From NCBI GenBank assembly GCA_964057225.1, contig OZ059900.1, positions 16,740,001 through 16,804,000 on the forward strand: a stretch of 64,000 bases of DNA, in the 5' to 3' direction. Numbering within the stretch: the first letter of the stretch is position 1; each line of letters begins with the position of its first letter. The translations under genes were made by a program, and so were the position numbers. The notes below the pieces were generated by a model. That model worked only from the letters and a program-made list of their open reading frames with translations. It did not search any database and was not told where the DNA came from. Origin of the DNA: Auanema rhodensis (taxonomy: Eukaryota > Animalia > Nematoda). Positions 39,950 through 53,199 of this stretch are shown here, piece after piece.

Positions 39950-42750
39950 CGAACAATTTTGAGCTAGGTTTCATTGACATTGCATGAGTTTGAACACATG
40001 AAATCGTAAGTCAAAACCTTGTTTACAGCGAAATTTCCAAAAACTGGTTTTCCAGCATAATAAAATATTTCTCATGGGAAATACTGTGTTTTTGTATTTT
40101 TCTAGTGTTCAGCATGTAAAATGCTTCATTTTAGTATGTAACACGCTGAAATTCGTTGCATTTGACGACTCATATGAACAAAAATCGATTTAATCAATAT
40201 TAGCCATAAGGGGCGTGCCCTCAGAATATGCTAATTTCCTTAATTTTCTAACCCCTGTTTTTTTGTCGTGAAAGTGGAACTAGACGTTGTACGAACAATT
40301 TTGAGCTAGGTTTCATTGACATTGCATGAGTTTGAACACATGAAATCGTAAGTCAAAACCTTGTTTACAGCGAAATTTCCAAAAACTGGTTTTCCAGCAT
40401 AATAAAATATTTTTCATGAGAAATACTGTGTTTTTGTATTTTTCTAGTGTTCAGCATGTAAAATGCTTCATTTTAGTATGTAACACGCTGAAATTCGTTG
40501 CATTTGACGACTCATATGAACAAAAATCGATTTAATCAATATTAGCCATAAGGGGCGTGCCCTCAGAATATGCTAATTTCCTTAATTTTCTAACCCCTGT
40601 TTTTTTGTCGTGAAAGTGGAACTAGACGTTGTACGAACAATTTTGAGCTAGGTTTCATTAACATTGCATGAGTTTGAACACATGAAATCGTAAGTCAAAA
40701 CCTTGTTTACAGCGAAATTTCCACAAACTGGTTTTCCAGCATAATAAAATATTTCTCATGGGAAATACTGTGTTTTTGTATTCTTCTAGTGTTCAGCATG
40801 TAAAATGCTTCATTTTAGTATGTAACACGCTGAAATTCGTTGCATTTGACGACTCATATGAACAAAAATCGATTTAATCAATATTAGCCATAAGGGGCGT
40901 GCCCTCAGAATATGCTAATTTCCTTAATTTTCTAACCCTTGTTTTTTTGTCGTGAAAGTGGAACTAGACGTTGTACAAACAATTTTGAGCTAGGTTTCAT
41001 TGACATTGCATGAGTTTGAACACATGAAATCGTAAGTCAAAACCTTGTTTACAGCGAAATTTCCAAAAACTGGTTTTCCAGCATGATAAAATATTTCTCA
41101 TGGGAAATACTGTGTTTTTGTATTTTTCTAGTGTTCAGCATGTAAAATGCTTCATTTTAGTATGTAACACGCTGAAATTCGTTGCATTTGACGACTCATA
41201 TGAACAAAAATCGATTTAATCAATATTAGCCATAAGGGGCGTGCCCTCAGAATATGCTAATTTCCTTAATTTTCTAACCCCTGTTTTTTTGTCGTGAAAG
41301 TGGAACTAGACGTTGTACGAACAATTTTGAGCTAGGTTTCATTAACATTGCATGAGTTTGAACACATGAAATCGTAAGTCAAAACCTTGTTTACAGCGAA
41401 ATTTCCACAAACTGGTTTTCCAGCATAATAAAATATTTCTCATGGGAAATACTGTGTTTTTGTATTCTTCTAGTGTTCAGCATGTAAAATGCTTCATTTT
41501 AGTATGTAACACGCTGAAATTCGTTGCATTTGACGACTCATATGAACAAAAATCGATTTAATCAATATTAGCCATAAGGGGCGTGCCCTCAGAATATGCT
41601 AATTTCCTTAATTTTCTAACCCCTGTTTTTTTGTCGTGAAAGTGGAACTAGACGTTGTACGAACAATTTTGAGCTAGGTTTCATTGACATTGCATGAGTT
41701 TGAACACATGAAATCGTAAGTCAAAACCTTGTTTACAGCGAAATTTCCAAAAACTGGTTTTCCAGCATAATAAAATATTTCTCATGGGAAATACTGTGTT
41801 TTTGTATTTTTCTAGTGTTCAGCATGTAAAATGCTTCATTTTAGTATGTAACACGCTGAAATTCGTTGCATTTGACGACTCATATGAACAAAAATCGATT
41901 TAATCAATATTAGCCATAAGGGGCGTGCCCTCAGAATATGCTAATTTCCTTAATTTTCTAACCCCTGTTTTTTTGTCGTGAAAGTGGAACTAGACGTTGT
42001 ACGAACAATTTTGAGCTAGGTTTCATTGACATTGCATGAGTTTGAACACATGAAATCGTAAGTCAAAACCTTGTTTACAGCGAAATTTCCAAAAACTGGT
42101 TTTCCAGCATAATAAAATATTTTTCATGAGAAATACTGTGTTTTTGTATTTTTCTAGTGTTCAGCATGTAAAATGCTTCATTTTAGTATGTAACACGCTG
42201 AAATTCGTTGCATTTGACGACTCATATGAACAAAAATCGATTTAATCAATATTAGCCATAAGGGGCGTGCCCTCAGAATATGCTAATTTCCTTAATTTTC
42301 TAACCCCTGTTTTTTTGTCGTGAAAGTGGAACTAGACGTTGTACGAACAATTTTGAGCTAGGTTTCATTAACATTGCATGAGTTTGAACACATGAAATCG
42401 TAAGTCAAAACCTTGTTTACAGCGAAATTTCCACAAACTGGTTTTCCAGCATAATAAAATATTTCTCATGGGAAATACTGTGTTTTTGTATTCTTCTAGT
42501 GTTCAGCATGTAAAATGCTTCATTTTAGTATGTAACACGCTGAAATTCGTTGCATTTGACGACTCATATGAACAAAAATCGATTTAATCAATATTAGCCA
42601 TAAGGGGCGTGCCCTCAGAATATGCTAATTTCCTTAATTTTCTAACCCCTGTTTTTTTGTCGTGAAAGTGGAACTAGACGTTGTACGAACAATTTTGAGC
42701 TAGGTTTCATTGACATTGCATGAGTTTGAACACATGAAATCGTAAGTCAA
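39950..42750 (-). repeat. Local 5-monomer higher-order repeat
   Basis: The double variant ttttcatgag occurs at 40411 and 42121, and cattaac at 40660 and 42370; both pairs are 1710 bp apart. Boundaries are approximate. Confidence 0.8.
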
Positions 42751-45700
42751 AACCTTGTTTACAGCGAAATTTCCAAAAACTGGTTTTCCAGCATAATAAA
42801 ATATTTCTCATGGGAAACACTGTGTTTTTGTATTTTTCTAGTGTTCAGCATGTAAAATGCTTCATTTTAGTTTGTAACACGCTGAAATTCGTTGCATTTG
42901 ACGACTCATATGAACAAAAATCGATTTAATCAATATTAGCCATAAGGGGCGTGCCCTCAGAATATGCTAATTTCCTTAATTTTCTAACCCCTGTTTTTTT
43001 GTCGTGAAAGTGGAACTAGACGTTGTACGAACAATTTTGAGCTAGGTTTCATTGACATTGCATGAGTTTGAACACATGAAATCGTAAGTCAAAACCTTGT
43101 TTACAGCGAAATTTCCAAAAACTGGTTTTCCAGCATAATAAAATATTTCTCATGGGAAATACTGTGTTTTTGTATTTTTCTAGTGTTCAGCATGTGAAAT
43201 GCTTCATTTTAGTGTGTAACACGCTGAAATTCGTTGCATTTGACGACTCATATGAACAAAAATCGATTTAATCAATATTAGCCATAAGGGGCGTGCCCTC
43301 AGAATATGCTAATTTCCTTAATTTTCTAACCCCTGTTTTTTTGTCGTGAAAGTGGAAATAGACGTTGTACGAACAATTTTGAGCTAGGTTTCATTGACGT
43401 TGCATGAGTTTGAACACATGAAATCGTAAGTCAAAACCTTGTTTACAGCGAAATTTCCAAAAACTGGTTTTCCAGCATAATAAAATATTTCTCATGGGAA
43501 ACACTGTGTTTTTGTATTTTTCTAGTGTTCAGCATGTAAAATGCTTCATTTTAGTTTGTAACACGCTGAAATTCGTTGCATTTGACGACTCATATGAACA
43601 AAAATCGATTTAATCAATATTAGCCATAAGGGGCGTGCCCTCAGAATATGCTAATTTCCTTAATTTTCTAACCCCTGTTTTTTTGTCGTGAAAGTGGAAC
43701 TAGACGTTGTACAAACAATTTTGAGCTAGGTTTCATTGACATTGCATGAGTTTGAACACATGAAATCGTAAGTCAAAACCTTGTTTACAGCGAAATTTCC
43801 AAAAACTGGTTTTCCAGCATGATAAAATATTTCTCATGGGAAATACTGTGTTTTTGTATTTTTCTAGTGTTCAGCATGTAAAATGCTTCATTTTAGTATG
43901 TAACACGCTGAAATTCGTTGCATTTGACGACTCATATGAACAAAAATCGATTTAATCAATATTAGCCATAAGGGGCGTGCCCTCAGAATATGCTAATTTC
44001 CTTAATTTTCTAACCCCTGTTTTTTTGTCGTGAAAGTGGAACTAGACGTTGTACGAACAATTTTGAGCTAGGTTTCATTGACATTGCATGAGTTTGAACA
44101 CATGAAATCGTAAGTCAAAACCTTGTTTACAGCGAAATTTCCACAAACTGGTTTTCCAGCATAATAAAATATTTCTCATGGGAAATACTGTGTTTTTGTA
44201 TTCTTCTAGTGTTCAGCATGTAAAATGCTTCATTTTAGTTTGTAACACGCTGAAATTCGTTGCATTTGACGACTCATATGAACAAAAATCGATTTAATCA
44301 ATATTAGCCATAAGGGGCGTGCCCTCAGAATATGCTAATTTCCTTAATTTTCTAACCCTTGTTTTTTTGTCGTGAAAGTGGAACTAGACGTTGTACAAAC
44401 AATTTTGAGCTAGGTTTCATTGACATTGCATGAGTTTGAACACATGAAATCGTAAGTCAAAACCTTGTTTACAGCGAAATTTCCAAAAACTGGTTTTCCA
44501 GCATGATAAAATATTTCTCATGGGAAATACTGTGTTTTTGTATTTTTCTAGTGTTCAGCATGTAAAATGCTTCATTTTAGTATGTAACACGCTGAAATTC
44601 GTTGCATTTGACGACTCATATGAACAAAAATCGATTTAATCAATATTAGCCATAAGGGGCGTGCCCTCAGAATATGCTAATTTCCTTAATTTTCTAACCC
44701 CTGTTTTTTTGTCGTGAAAGTGGAACTAGACGTTGTACGAACAATTTTGAGCTAGGTTTCATTGACATTGCATGAGTTTGAACACATGAAATCGTAAGTC
44801 AAAACCTTGTTTACAGCGAAATTTCCAAAAACTGGTTTTCCAGCATAATAAAATATTTCTCATGGGAAATACTGTGTTTTTGTATTTTTCTAGTGTTCAG
44901 CATGTGAAATGCTTCATTTTAGTGTGTAACACGCTGAAATTCGTTGCATTTGACGACTCATATGAACAAAAATCGATTTAATCAATATTAGCCATAAGGG
45001 GCGTGCCCTCAGAATATGCTAATTTCCTTAATTTTCTAACCCCTGTTTTTTTGTCGTGAAAGTGGAAATAGACGTTGTACGAACAATTTTGAGCTAGGTT
45101 TCATTGACGTTGCATGAGTTTGAACACATGAAATCGTAAGGCAAAACCTTGTTTACAGCGAAATTTCCAAAAACTGGTTTTCCAGCATAATAAAATATTT
45201 CTCATGGGAAACACTGTGTTTTTGTATTTTTCTAGTGTTCAGCATGTAAAATGCTTCATTTTAGTTTGTAACACGCTGAAATTCGTTGCATTTGACGACT
45301 CATATGAACAAAAATCGATTTAATCAATATTAGCCATAAGGGGCGTGCCCTCAGAATATGCTAATTTCCTTAATTTTCTAACCCCTGTTTTTTTGTCGTG
45401 AAAGTGGAACTAGACGTTGTACAAACAATTTTGAGCTAGGTTTCATTGACATTGCATGAGTTTGAACACATGAAATCGTAAGTCAAAACCTTGTTTACAG
45501 CGAAATTTCCAAAAACTGGTTTTCCAGCATGATAAAATATTTCTCATGGGAAATACTGTGTTTTTGTATTTTTCTAGTGTTCAGCATGTAAAATGCTTCA
45601 TTTTAGTATGTAACACGCTGAAATTCGTTGCATTTGACGACTCATATGAACAAAATTCGATTTAATCAATATTAGCCATAAGGGGCGTGCCCTCAGAATA

Positions 45701-48700
45701 TGCTAATTTCCTTAATTTTCTAACCCTTGTTTTTTTGTCGTGAAAGTGGAACTAGACGTTGTACAAACAATTTTGAGCTAGGTTTCATTGACATTGCATG
45801 AGTTTGAACACATGAAATCGTAAGTCAAAACCTTGTTTACAGCGAAATTTCCAAAAACTGGTTTTCCAGCATGATAAAATATTTCTCATGGGAAATACTG
45901 TGTTTTTGTATTTTTCTAGTGTTCAGCATGTAAAATGCTTCATTTTAGTATGTAACACGCTGAAATTCGTTGCATTTGACGACTCATATGAACAAAAATC
46001 GATTTAATCAATATTAGCCATAAGGGGCGTGCCCTCAGAATATGCTAATTTCCTTAATTTTCTAACCCCTGTTTTTTTGTCGTGAAAGTGGAACTAGACG
46101 TTGTACGAACAATTTTGAGCTAGGTTTCATTGACATTGCATGAGTTTGAACACATGAAATCGTAAGTCAAAACCTTGTTTACAGCGAAATTTCCAAAAAC
46201 TGGTTTTCCAGCATAATAAAATATTTCTCATGAGAAATACTGTGTTTTTGTATTTTTCTAGTGTTCAGCATGTAAAATGCTTCATTTTAGTTTGTAACAC
46301 GCTGAAATTCGTTGCATTTGACGACTCATATGAACAAAAATCGATTTAATCAATATTAGCCATAAGGGGCGTGCCCTCAGAATATGCTAATTTCCTTAAT
46401 TTTCTAACCCTTGTTTTTTTGTCGTGAAAGTGGAACTAGACGTTGTACGAACAATTTTGAGCTAGGTTTCATTGACATTGCATGAGTTTGAACACATGAA
46501 ATCGTAAGTCAAAACCTTGTTTACAGCGAAATTTCCAAAAACTGGTTTTCCAGCATAATAAAATATTTCTCATGGGAAATACTGTGTTTTTGTATTTTTC
46601 TAGTGTTCAGCATGTAAAATGCTTCATTTTAGTATGTAACACGCTGAAATTCGTTGCATTTGACGACTCATATGAACAAAAATCGATTTAATCAATATTA
46701 GCCATAAGGGGCGTGCCCTCAGAATATGCTAATTTCCTTAATTTTCTAACCCCTGTTTTTTTGTCGTGAAAGTGGAACTAGACGTTGTACGAACAATTTT
46801 GAGCTAGGTTTCATTGACGTTGCATGAGTTTGAACACATGAAATCGTAAGTCAAAACCTTGTTTACAGCGAAATTTCCAAAAACTGGTTTTCCAGCATAA
46901 TAAAATATTTCTCATGGGAAACACTGTGTTTTTGTATTTTTCTAGTGTTCAGCATGTAAAATGCTTCATTTTAGTTTGTAACACGCTGAAATTCGTTGCA
47001 TTTGACGACTCATATGAACAAAAATCGATTTAATCAATATTAGCCATAAGGGGCGTGCCCTCAGAATATGCTAATTTCCTTAATTTTCTAACCCCTGTTT
47101 ATTTTGTCGTGAAAGTGGAACTAGACGTTGTACAAACAATTTTGAGCTAGGTTTCATTGACATTGCATGAGTTTGAACACATGAAATCGTAAGTCAAAAC
47201 CTTGTTTACAGCGAAATTTCCAAAAACTGGTTTTCCAGCATGATAAAATATTTCTCATGGGAAATACTGTGTTTTTGTATTTTTCTAGTGTTCAGCATGT
47301 AAAATGCTTCATTTTAATGTGTAACACGCTGAAATTCGTTGCATTTGACGACTCATATGAACAAAAATCGATTTAATCAATATTAGCCATAAGGGGCGTG
47401 CCCTCAGAATATGCTAATTTCCTTAATTTTCTAACCCCTGTTTTTTTGTCGTGAAAGTGGAACTAGACGTTGTACGAACAATTTTGAGCTAGGTTTCATT
47501 GACATTGCATGAGTTTGAACACATGAAATCGTAAGTCAAAACCTTGTTTACAGCGAAATTTCCAAAAACTGGTTTTCCAGCATGATAAAATATTTCTCAT
47601 GGGAAATACTGTGTTTTTGTATTTTTCTAGTGTTCAGCATGTAAAATGCTTCATTTTAGTATATAACACGCTGAAATTCGTTGCATTTGACGACTCATAT
47701 GAACAAAAATCGATTTAATCAATATTAGCCATAAGGGGCGTGCCCTCAGAATATGCTAATTTCCTTAATTTTCTAACCCCTGTTTTTTTGTCGTGAAAGT
47801 GGAACTAGACGTTGTACGAACAATTTTGAGCTAGGTTTCATTGACATTGCATGAGTTTGAACACATGAAATCGTAAGTCAAAACCTTGTTTACAGCGAAA
47901 TTTCCAAAAACTGGTTTTCCAGCATGATAAAATATTTCTCATGGGAAATACTGTGTTTTTGTATTTTTCTAGTGTTCAGCATGTAAAATGCTTTATTTTA
48001 GTTTGTAACACGCTGAAATTCGTTGCATTTGACGACTCATATGAACAAAAATCGATTTAATCAATATTAGCCATAAGGGGCGTGCCCTCAGAATATGCTA
48101 ATTTCCTTAATTTTCTAACCCCTGTTTTTTTGTCGTGAAAGTGGAACTAGACGTTGTACGAACAATTTTGAGTTAGGTTTCATTGACATTGCATGAGTTT
48201 GAACACATGAAATCGTAAGTCAAAACCTTGTTTACAGCGAAATTTCGAAAAACTGGTTTTCCAGCATAATAAAATATTTCTCATGGGAAATACTGTGTTT
48301 TTGTATTCTTCTAGTGTTCAGCATGTGAAATGCTTCATTTTAGTGTGTAACACGCTGAAATTCGTTGCATTTGACGACTCATATGAACAAAAATCGATTT
48401 AATCAATATTAGCCATAAGGGGCGTGCCCTCAGAATATGCTAATTTCCTTAATTTTCTAACCCCTGTTTTTTTGTCGTGAAAGTGGAACTAGACGTTGTA
48501 CGAACAATTTTGAGCTAGGTTTCATTGACATTGCATGAGTTTGAACACATGAAATCGTAAGTCAAAACCTTGTTTACAGCGAAATTTCCAAAAACTGGTT
48601 TTCCAGCATAATAAAATATTTCTCATGGGAAATACTGTGTTTTTGTATTTTTCTAGTGTTCAGCATGTAAAATGCTTCATTTTAGTATGTAACACGCTGA

Positions 48701-51700
48701 AATTCGTTGCATTTGACGACTCATATGAACAAAAATCGATTTAATCAATATTAGCCATAAGGGGCGTGCCCTCAGAATATGCTAATTTCCTTAATTTTCT
48801 AACCCTTGTTTTTTTGTCGTGAAAGTGGAACTAGACGTTGTACAAACAATTTTGAGCTAGGTTTCATTGACATTGCATGAGTTTGAACACATGAAATCGT
48901 AAGTCAAAACCTTGTTTACAGCGAAACTTCCAAAAACTGGTTTTCCAGCATAATAAAATATTTCTCATGGGAAATACTGTGTTTTTGTATTCTTCTAGTG
49001 TTCAGCATGTAAAATGCTTCATTTTAGTATGTAACACGCTGAAATTCGTTGCATTTGACGACTCATATGAACAAAAATCGATTTAATCAATATTAGCCAT
49101 AAGGGGCGTGCCCTCAGAATATGCTAATTTCCTTAATTTTCTAACCCCTGTTTTTTTGTCGTGAAAGTGGAACTAGACGTTGTACGAACAATTTTGAGCT
49201 AGGTTTCATTGACATTGCATGAGTTTGAACACATGAAATCGTAAGTCAAAACCTTGTTTACAGCGAAATTTCCAAAAACTGGTTTTCCAGCATAATAAAA
49301 TATTTCTCATGGGAAATACTGTGTTTTTGTATTTTTCTAGTCTTCAGCATGTAAAATGCTTCATTTTAGTATGTAACACGCTGAAATTCGTTGCATTTGA
49401 CGACTCATATGAACAAAAATCGATTTAATCAATATTAGCCATAAGGGGCGTGCCCTCAGAATATGCTAATTTCCTTAATTTTCTAACCCCTGTTTTTTTG
49501 TCGTGAAAGTGGAACTAGACGTTGTACGAACAATTTTGAGCTAGGTTTCATTGACATTGCATGAGTTTGAACACATGAAATCGTAAGTCAAAACCTTGTT
49601 TACAGCGAAATTTCCACAAACTGGTTTTCCAGCATAATAAAATATTTCTCATGGGAAATACTGTGTTTTTGTATTCTTCTAGTGTTCAGCATGTAAAATG
49701 CTTCATTTTAGTATGTAACACGCTGAAATTCGTTGCATTTGACGACTCATATGAACAAAAATCGATTTAATCAATATTAGCCATAAGGGGCGTGCCCTCA
49801 GAATATGCTAATTTCCTTAATTTTCTAACCCCTGTTTTTTTGTCGTGAAAGTGGAACTAGACGTTGTACGAACAATTTTGAGCTAGGTTTCATTGACATT
49901 GCATGAGTTTGAACACATGAAATCGTAAGTCAAAACCTTGTTTACAGCGAAATTTCCACAAACTGGTTTTCCAGCATAATAAAATATTTCTCATGGGAAA
50001 TACTGTGTTTTTGTATTCTTCTAGTGTTCAGCATGTAAAATGCTTCATTTTAGTATGTAACACGCTGAAATTCGTTGCATTTGACGACTCATATGAACAA
50101 AAATCGATTTAATCAATATTAGCCATAAGGGGCGTGCCCTCAGAATATGCTAATTTCCTTAATTTTCTAACCCCTGTTTTTTTGTCGTGAAAGTGGAACT
50201 AGACGTTGTACGAACAATTTTGAGCTAGGTTTCATTGACATTGCATGAGTTTGAACACATGAAATCGTAAGTCAAAACCTTGTTTACAGCGAAATTTCCA
50301 AAAACTGGTTTTCCAGCATAATAAAATATTTCTCATGGGAAATACTGTGTTTTTGTATTTTTCTAGTGTTCAGCATGTAAAATGCTTCATTTTAGTATGT
50401 AACACGCTGAAATTCGTTGCATTTGACGACTCATATGAACAAAAATCGATTTAATCAATATTAGCCATAAGGGGCGTGCCCTCAGAATATGCTAATTTCC
50501 TTAATTTTCTAACCCTTGTTTTTTTGTCGTGAAAGTGGAACTAGACGTTGTACAAACAATTTTGAGCTAGGTTTCATTGACATTGCATGAGTTTGAACAC
50601 ATGAAATCGTAAGTCAAAACCTTGTTTACAGCGAAATTTCCAAAAACTGGTTTTCCAGCATGATAAAATATTTCTCATGGGAAATACTGTGTTTTTGTAT
50701 TTTTCTAGTGTTCAGCATGTAAAATGCTTCATTTTAGTATGTAACACGCTGAAATTCGTTGCATTTGACGACTCATATGAACAAAAATCGATTTAATCAA
50801 TATTAGCCATAAGGGGCGTGCCCTCAGAATATGCTAATTTCCTTAATTTTCTAACCCCTGTTTTTTTGTCGTGAAAGTGGAACTAGACGTTGTACGAACA
50901 ATTTTGAGCTAGGTTTCATTGACATTGCATGAGTTTGAACACATGAAATCGTAAGTCAAAACCTTGTTTACAGCGAAATTTCCACAAACTGGTTTTCCAG
51001 CATAATAAAATATTTCTCATGGGAAATACTGTGTTTTTGTATTCTTCTAGTGTTCAGCATGTAAAATGCTTCATTTTAGTTTGTAACACGCTGAAATTCG
51101 TTGCATTTGACGACTCATATGAACAAAAATCGATTTAATCAATATTAGCCATAAGGGGCGTGCCCTCAGAATATGCTAATTTCCTTAATTTTCTAACCCT
51201 TGTTTTTTTGTCGTGAAAGTGGAACTAGACGTTGTACAAACAATTTTGAGCTAGGTTTCATTGACATTGCATGAGTTTGAACACATGAAATCGTAAGTCA
51301 AAACCTTGTTTACAGCGAAATTTCCAAAAACTGGTTTTCCAGCATGATAAAATATTTCTCATGGGAAATACTGTGTTTTTGTATTTTTCTAGTGTTCAGC
51401 ATGTAAAATGCTTCATTTTAGTATGTAACACGCTGAAATTCGTTGCATTTGACGACTCATATGAACAAAAATCGATTTAATCAATATTAGCCATAAGGGG
51501 CGTGCCCTCAGAATATGCTAATTTCCTTAATTTTCTAACCCCTGTTTTTTTGTCGTGAAAGTGGAACTAGACGTTGTACGAACAATTTTGAGCTAGGTTT
51601 CATTGACATTGCATGAGTTTGAACACATGAAATCGTAAGTCAAAACCTTGTTTACAGCGAAATTTCCACAAACTGGTTTTCCAGCATAATAAAATATTTC

Positions 51701-53199
51701 TCATGGGAAATACTGTGTTTTTGTATTCTTCTAGTGTTCAGCATGTAAAATGCTTCATTTTAGTTTGTAACACGCTGAAATTCGTTGCATTTGACGACTC
51801 ATATGAACAAAAATCGATTTAATCAATATTAGCCATAAGGGGCGTGCCCTCAGAATATGCTAATTTCCTTAATTTTCTAACCCCTGTTTTTTTGTCGTGA
51901 AAGTGGAACTAGACGTTGTACGAACAATTTTGAGCTAGGTTTCATTGACATTGCATGAGTTTGAACACATGAAATCGTAAGTCAAAACCTTGTTTACAGC
52001 GAAATTTCCAAAAACTGGTTTTCCAGCATAATAAAATATTTCTCATGGGAAATACTGTGTTTTTGTATTTTTCTAGTCTTCAGCATGTAAAATGCTTCAT
52101 TTTAGTATGTAACACGCTGAAATTCGTTGCATTTGACGACTCATATGAACAAAAATCGATTTAATCAATATTAGCCATAAGGGGCGTGCCCTCAGAATAT
52201 GCTAATTTCCTTAATTTTCTAACCCTTGTTTTTTTGTCGTGAAAGTGGAACTAGACGTTGTACGAACAATTTTGAGCTAGGTTTCATTGACATTGCATGA
52301 GTTTGAACACATGAAATCGTAAGTCAAAACCTTGTTTACAGCGAAATTTCGAAAAACTGGTTTTCCAGCATAATAAAATATTTCTCATGGGAAATACTGT
52401 GTTTTTGTATTCTTCTAGTGTTCAGCATGTGAAATGCTTCATTTTAGTGTGTAACACGCTGAAATTCGTTGCATTTGACGACTCATATGAACAAAAATCG
52501 ATTTAATCAATATTAGCCATAAGGAGCGTGCCCTCAGAATATGCTAATTTCCTTAATTTTCTAACCCCTGTTTTTTTGTCGTGAAAGTGGAACTAGACGT
52601 TGTACGAACAATTTTGAGCTAGGTTTCATTGACATTGCATGAGTTTGAACACATGAAATCGTAAGTTAAAACCTTGTTTACAGCGAAATTTCCAAAAACT
52701 GGTTTTCCAGCATAATAAAATATTTCTCATGGGAAATACTGTGTTTTTGTATTTTTCTAGTGTTCAGCATGTAAAATGCTTCATTTTAGTATGTAACACG
52801 CTGAAATTCGTTGCATTTGACGACTCATATGAACAAAAATCGATTTAATCAATATTAGCCATAAGGGGCGTGCCCTCAGAATATGCTAATTTCCTTAATT
52901 TTCTAACCCTTGTTTTTTTGTCGTGAAAGTGGAACTAGACGTTGTACAAACAATTTTGAGCTAGGTTTCATTGACATTGCATGAGTTTGAACACATGAAA
53001 TCGTAAGTCAAAACCTTGTTTACAGCGAAATTTCCAAAAACTGGTTTTCCAGCATGATAAAATATTTCTCATGGGAAATACTGTGTTTTTGTATTTTTCT
53101 AGTGTTCAGCATGTAAAATGCTTCATTTTAGTATGTAACACGCTGAAATTCGTTGCATTTGACGACTCATATGAACAAAAATCGATTTAATCAATATTA

